A stretch of 64,000 nucleotides of DNA from Octopus vulgaris (taxonomy: Eukaryota): contig OX597838.1 of NCBI GenBank assembly GCA_951406725.2, positions 41,478,001 through 41,542,000 on the forward strand, given 5' to 3'. Below are positions 62,325 through 64,000 of this stretch, piece after piece. Positions within the stretch are counted from its first letter, which is position 1; each line of letters begins with the position of its first letter. The position numbers were made by a program, and so were the translations under genes. A model generated the notes under the pieces. That model was not told the origin of the DNA, searched no databases, and saw only the letters and a list, made by a program, of their open reading frames with translations.

Positions 62325-64000
62325 AGAATCCAACATTTTAAAGATTAAACAAACAGCAAATGGTGTGAAGTGTTTATTGGTTAAAACGTGAAAGAAGCCG
62401 GAGCATGCCCATAGCTTTTCAGATGATACAGTCAGATATAAATGGACTCGGTTGATATTTAGTTTGAATTTCAATGGTCAGTGGTCAGAGAGAAAACAAA
62501 GGAAAAGAAGAGAAATAATCCTCTTCCTCCTCCTCGTCATCATTTAACCTCTTCTTTTCCATGCTTGCATGGGTCGGAGGGATGTTGTTGAGGTAGATTT
62601 TCTATAGCGGGGTTATTCTTTGTGTCACCAATTTTTTTTACCTGTCTCCAAAGTAAATATTTCCCCTGGCCAGAGATGCTTTACATGGAAGACTGGAAAC
62701 AAAACAACATCACTCGTACGACGGTCAGGTTTGTTTACGACTGTCATATGATATATGTAGACAAGATGTATGAACATACAGACACACACACACACTGATA
62801 AGGGGACACACACACACACACATGACAAGCTTCTTTTAGTTTCTATTTATCAAATCCATTTGCAAGGTTTTAATCAGGATGGGGCCCATAGTAAAAGACA
62901 TTTACTGAAGGTGTCATGTAGTGGGACTACAACCACAACCACAGTGGTATAAGGAGACATTATTATTATTATTATGATCATTATTAATATTATCGGACGT
63001 TAAACGACGATGATGATGATGATGTTCAAAGGAAGCAAATATATTTGGGTTCAGAGAAACCAGGATTCCGGAAAGACCAAAGCAGTTAGTTGTCTTGGTT
63101 TCTGCAATGACCCAGAGGGTGGGGGTGCGTTTTATGATAAATGTTATCATCTCAGATGTGTGATGAGTTATCAGACTTTTGCATTCAGTCATTACTCTTT
63201 AGTCAATGCAAAAAAAAAAAACAAAAAAAAACTTAGTAGAATCCTAAAAATTGTCTTGGAATTTCTTCACCCTTGGTTTTAGAATCACTTTGATGCCAGT
63301 GTTGGACTTGAGCACGACTTCTGGGGAGGGTTCAGCTTTGAAATTTGGTACACAGAAGATTTCAAAACTGCAAAAATGAACATGGGAAACAGTAACAGCA
63401 ACAACAACAACAATAATAAAAATAGTGATTACAAATTTTGGCACAAGGCCAACAATTTCAGGTCAGGATCAAATTACATACACCCCCAGTATGGAACTGG
63501 TACTTATTTTAAATGATAAAAGCAAAGTTGAACTCAGAACATAAAGAAGGACGAAATGCAGAGGACCCATCAAGCCAAGAAAAATTGTACTCTTGGCTGG
63601 TGCCAATGTCATGTGACTGGATGAAAAGCACTCATTGGAAGGGCCTCCACCTGTAGAGAAAACATGCCAAATTAGATTGGACCCTCCAAGCCCTACCATT
63701 TCAGTCAAACCATCGAACCCCATGTTGAATACCTTTGGTGAGAAAGTAATTTGCATAAAACATTTCTTCTATGGACAAATTTTATCAAACTTTTTGGTTG
63801 TTCCCATCAGAATTTAAGCAGAGGATCTGATGTCTCTAAAGAGGTAATCATGTGCCTGTGGTAGAAACCTATGGATGCACAAAATGGAAAAAAAATGGAA
63901 TATGGACGACTTGTTGGACAATTTTATCAATCTTTTTGACACTTTAGCGACAACATAATATGTCATTTTCCTCATAGCCATAATCAGAAGATCTGATGTC

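Overview
AT-rich, repeat-dense eukaryotic DNA. The SINE, LINE and microsatellite content strongly suggests a coleoid cephalopod (Octopus-like); this is an inference from repeat families, not a database match. Only one host protein-coding gene is well supported: a plus-strand METTL16 orthologue (U6 snRNA/mRNA m6A methyltransferase). It has seven coding exons (37167-37488, 39009-39149, 41628-41880, 46332-46401, 48405-48494, 49777-49902, 52770-53588; 1821 nt, 606 aa), all introns GT-AG and phase-consistent, and it needs an upstream non-coding exon that probably lies in the CpG-richer zone near 32.6-33.3 kb. The rest is at least five SINE-like families, decayed RTE and CR1-type LINEs (one nested in the other), Tc1/mariner remnants, MITEs, non-autonomous Helitrons, a Gypsy integrase remnant, Penelope-like fragments with degenerate hammerhead-like motifs, and microsatellites. 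Almost all listed short ORFs are repeat artefacts. I found no clearly novel multi-gene system. The best leads are RNA-structural (a long intronic palindrome, hammerhead-like motifs, a G-U-biased hairpin, a SINE with a variable number of internal ~60-bp modules) and divergent regulatory features of METTL16.
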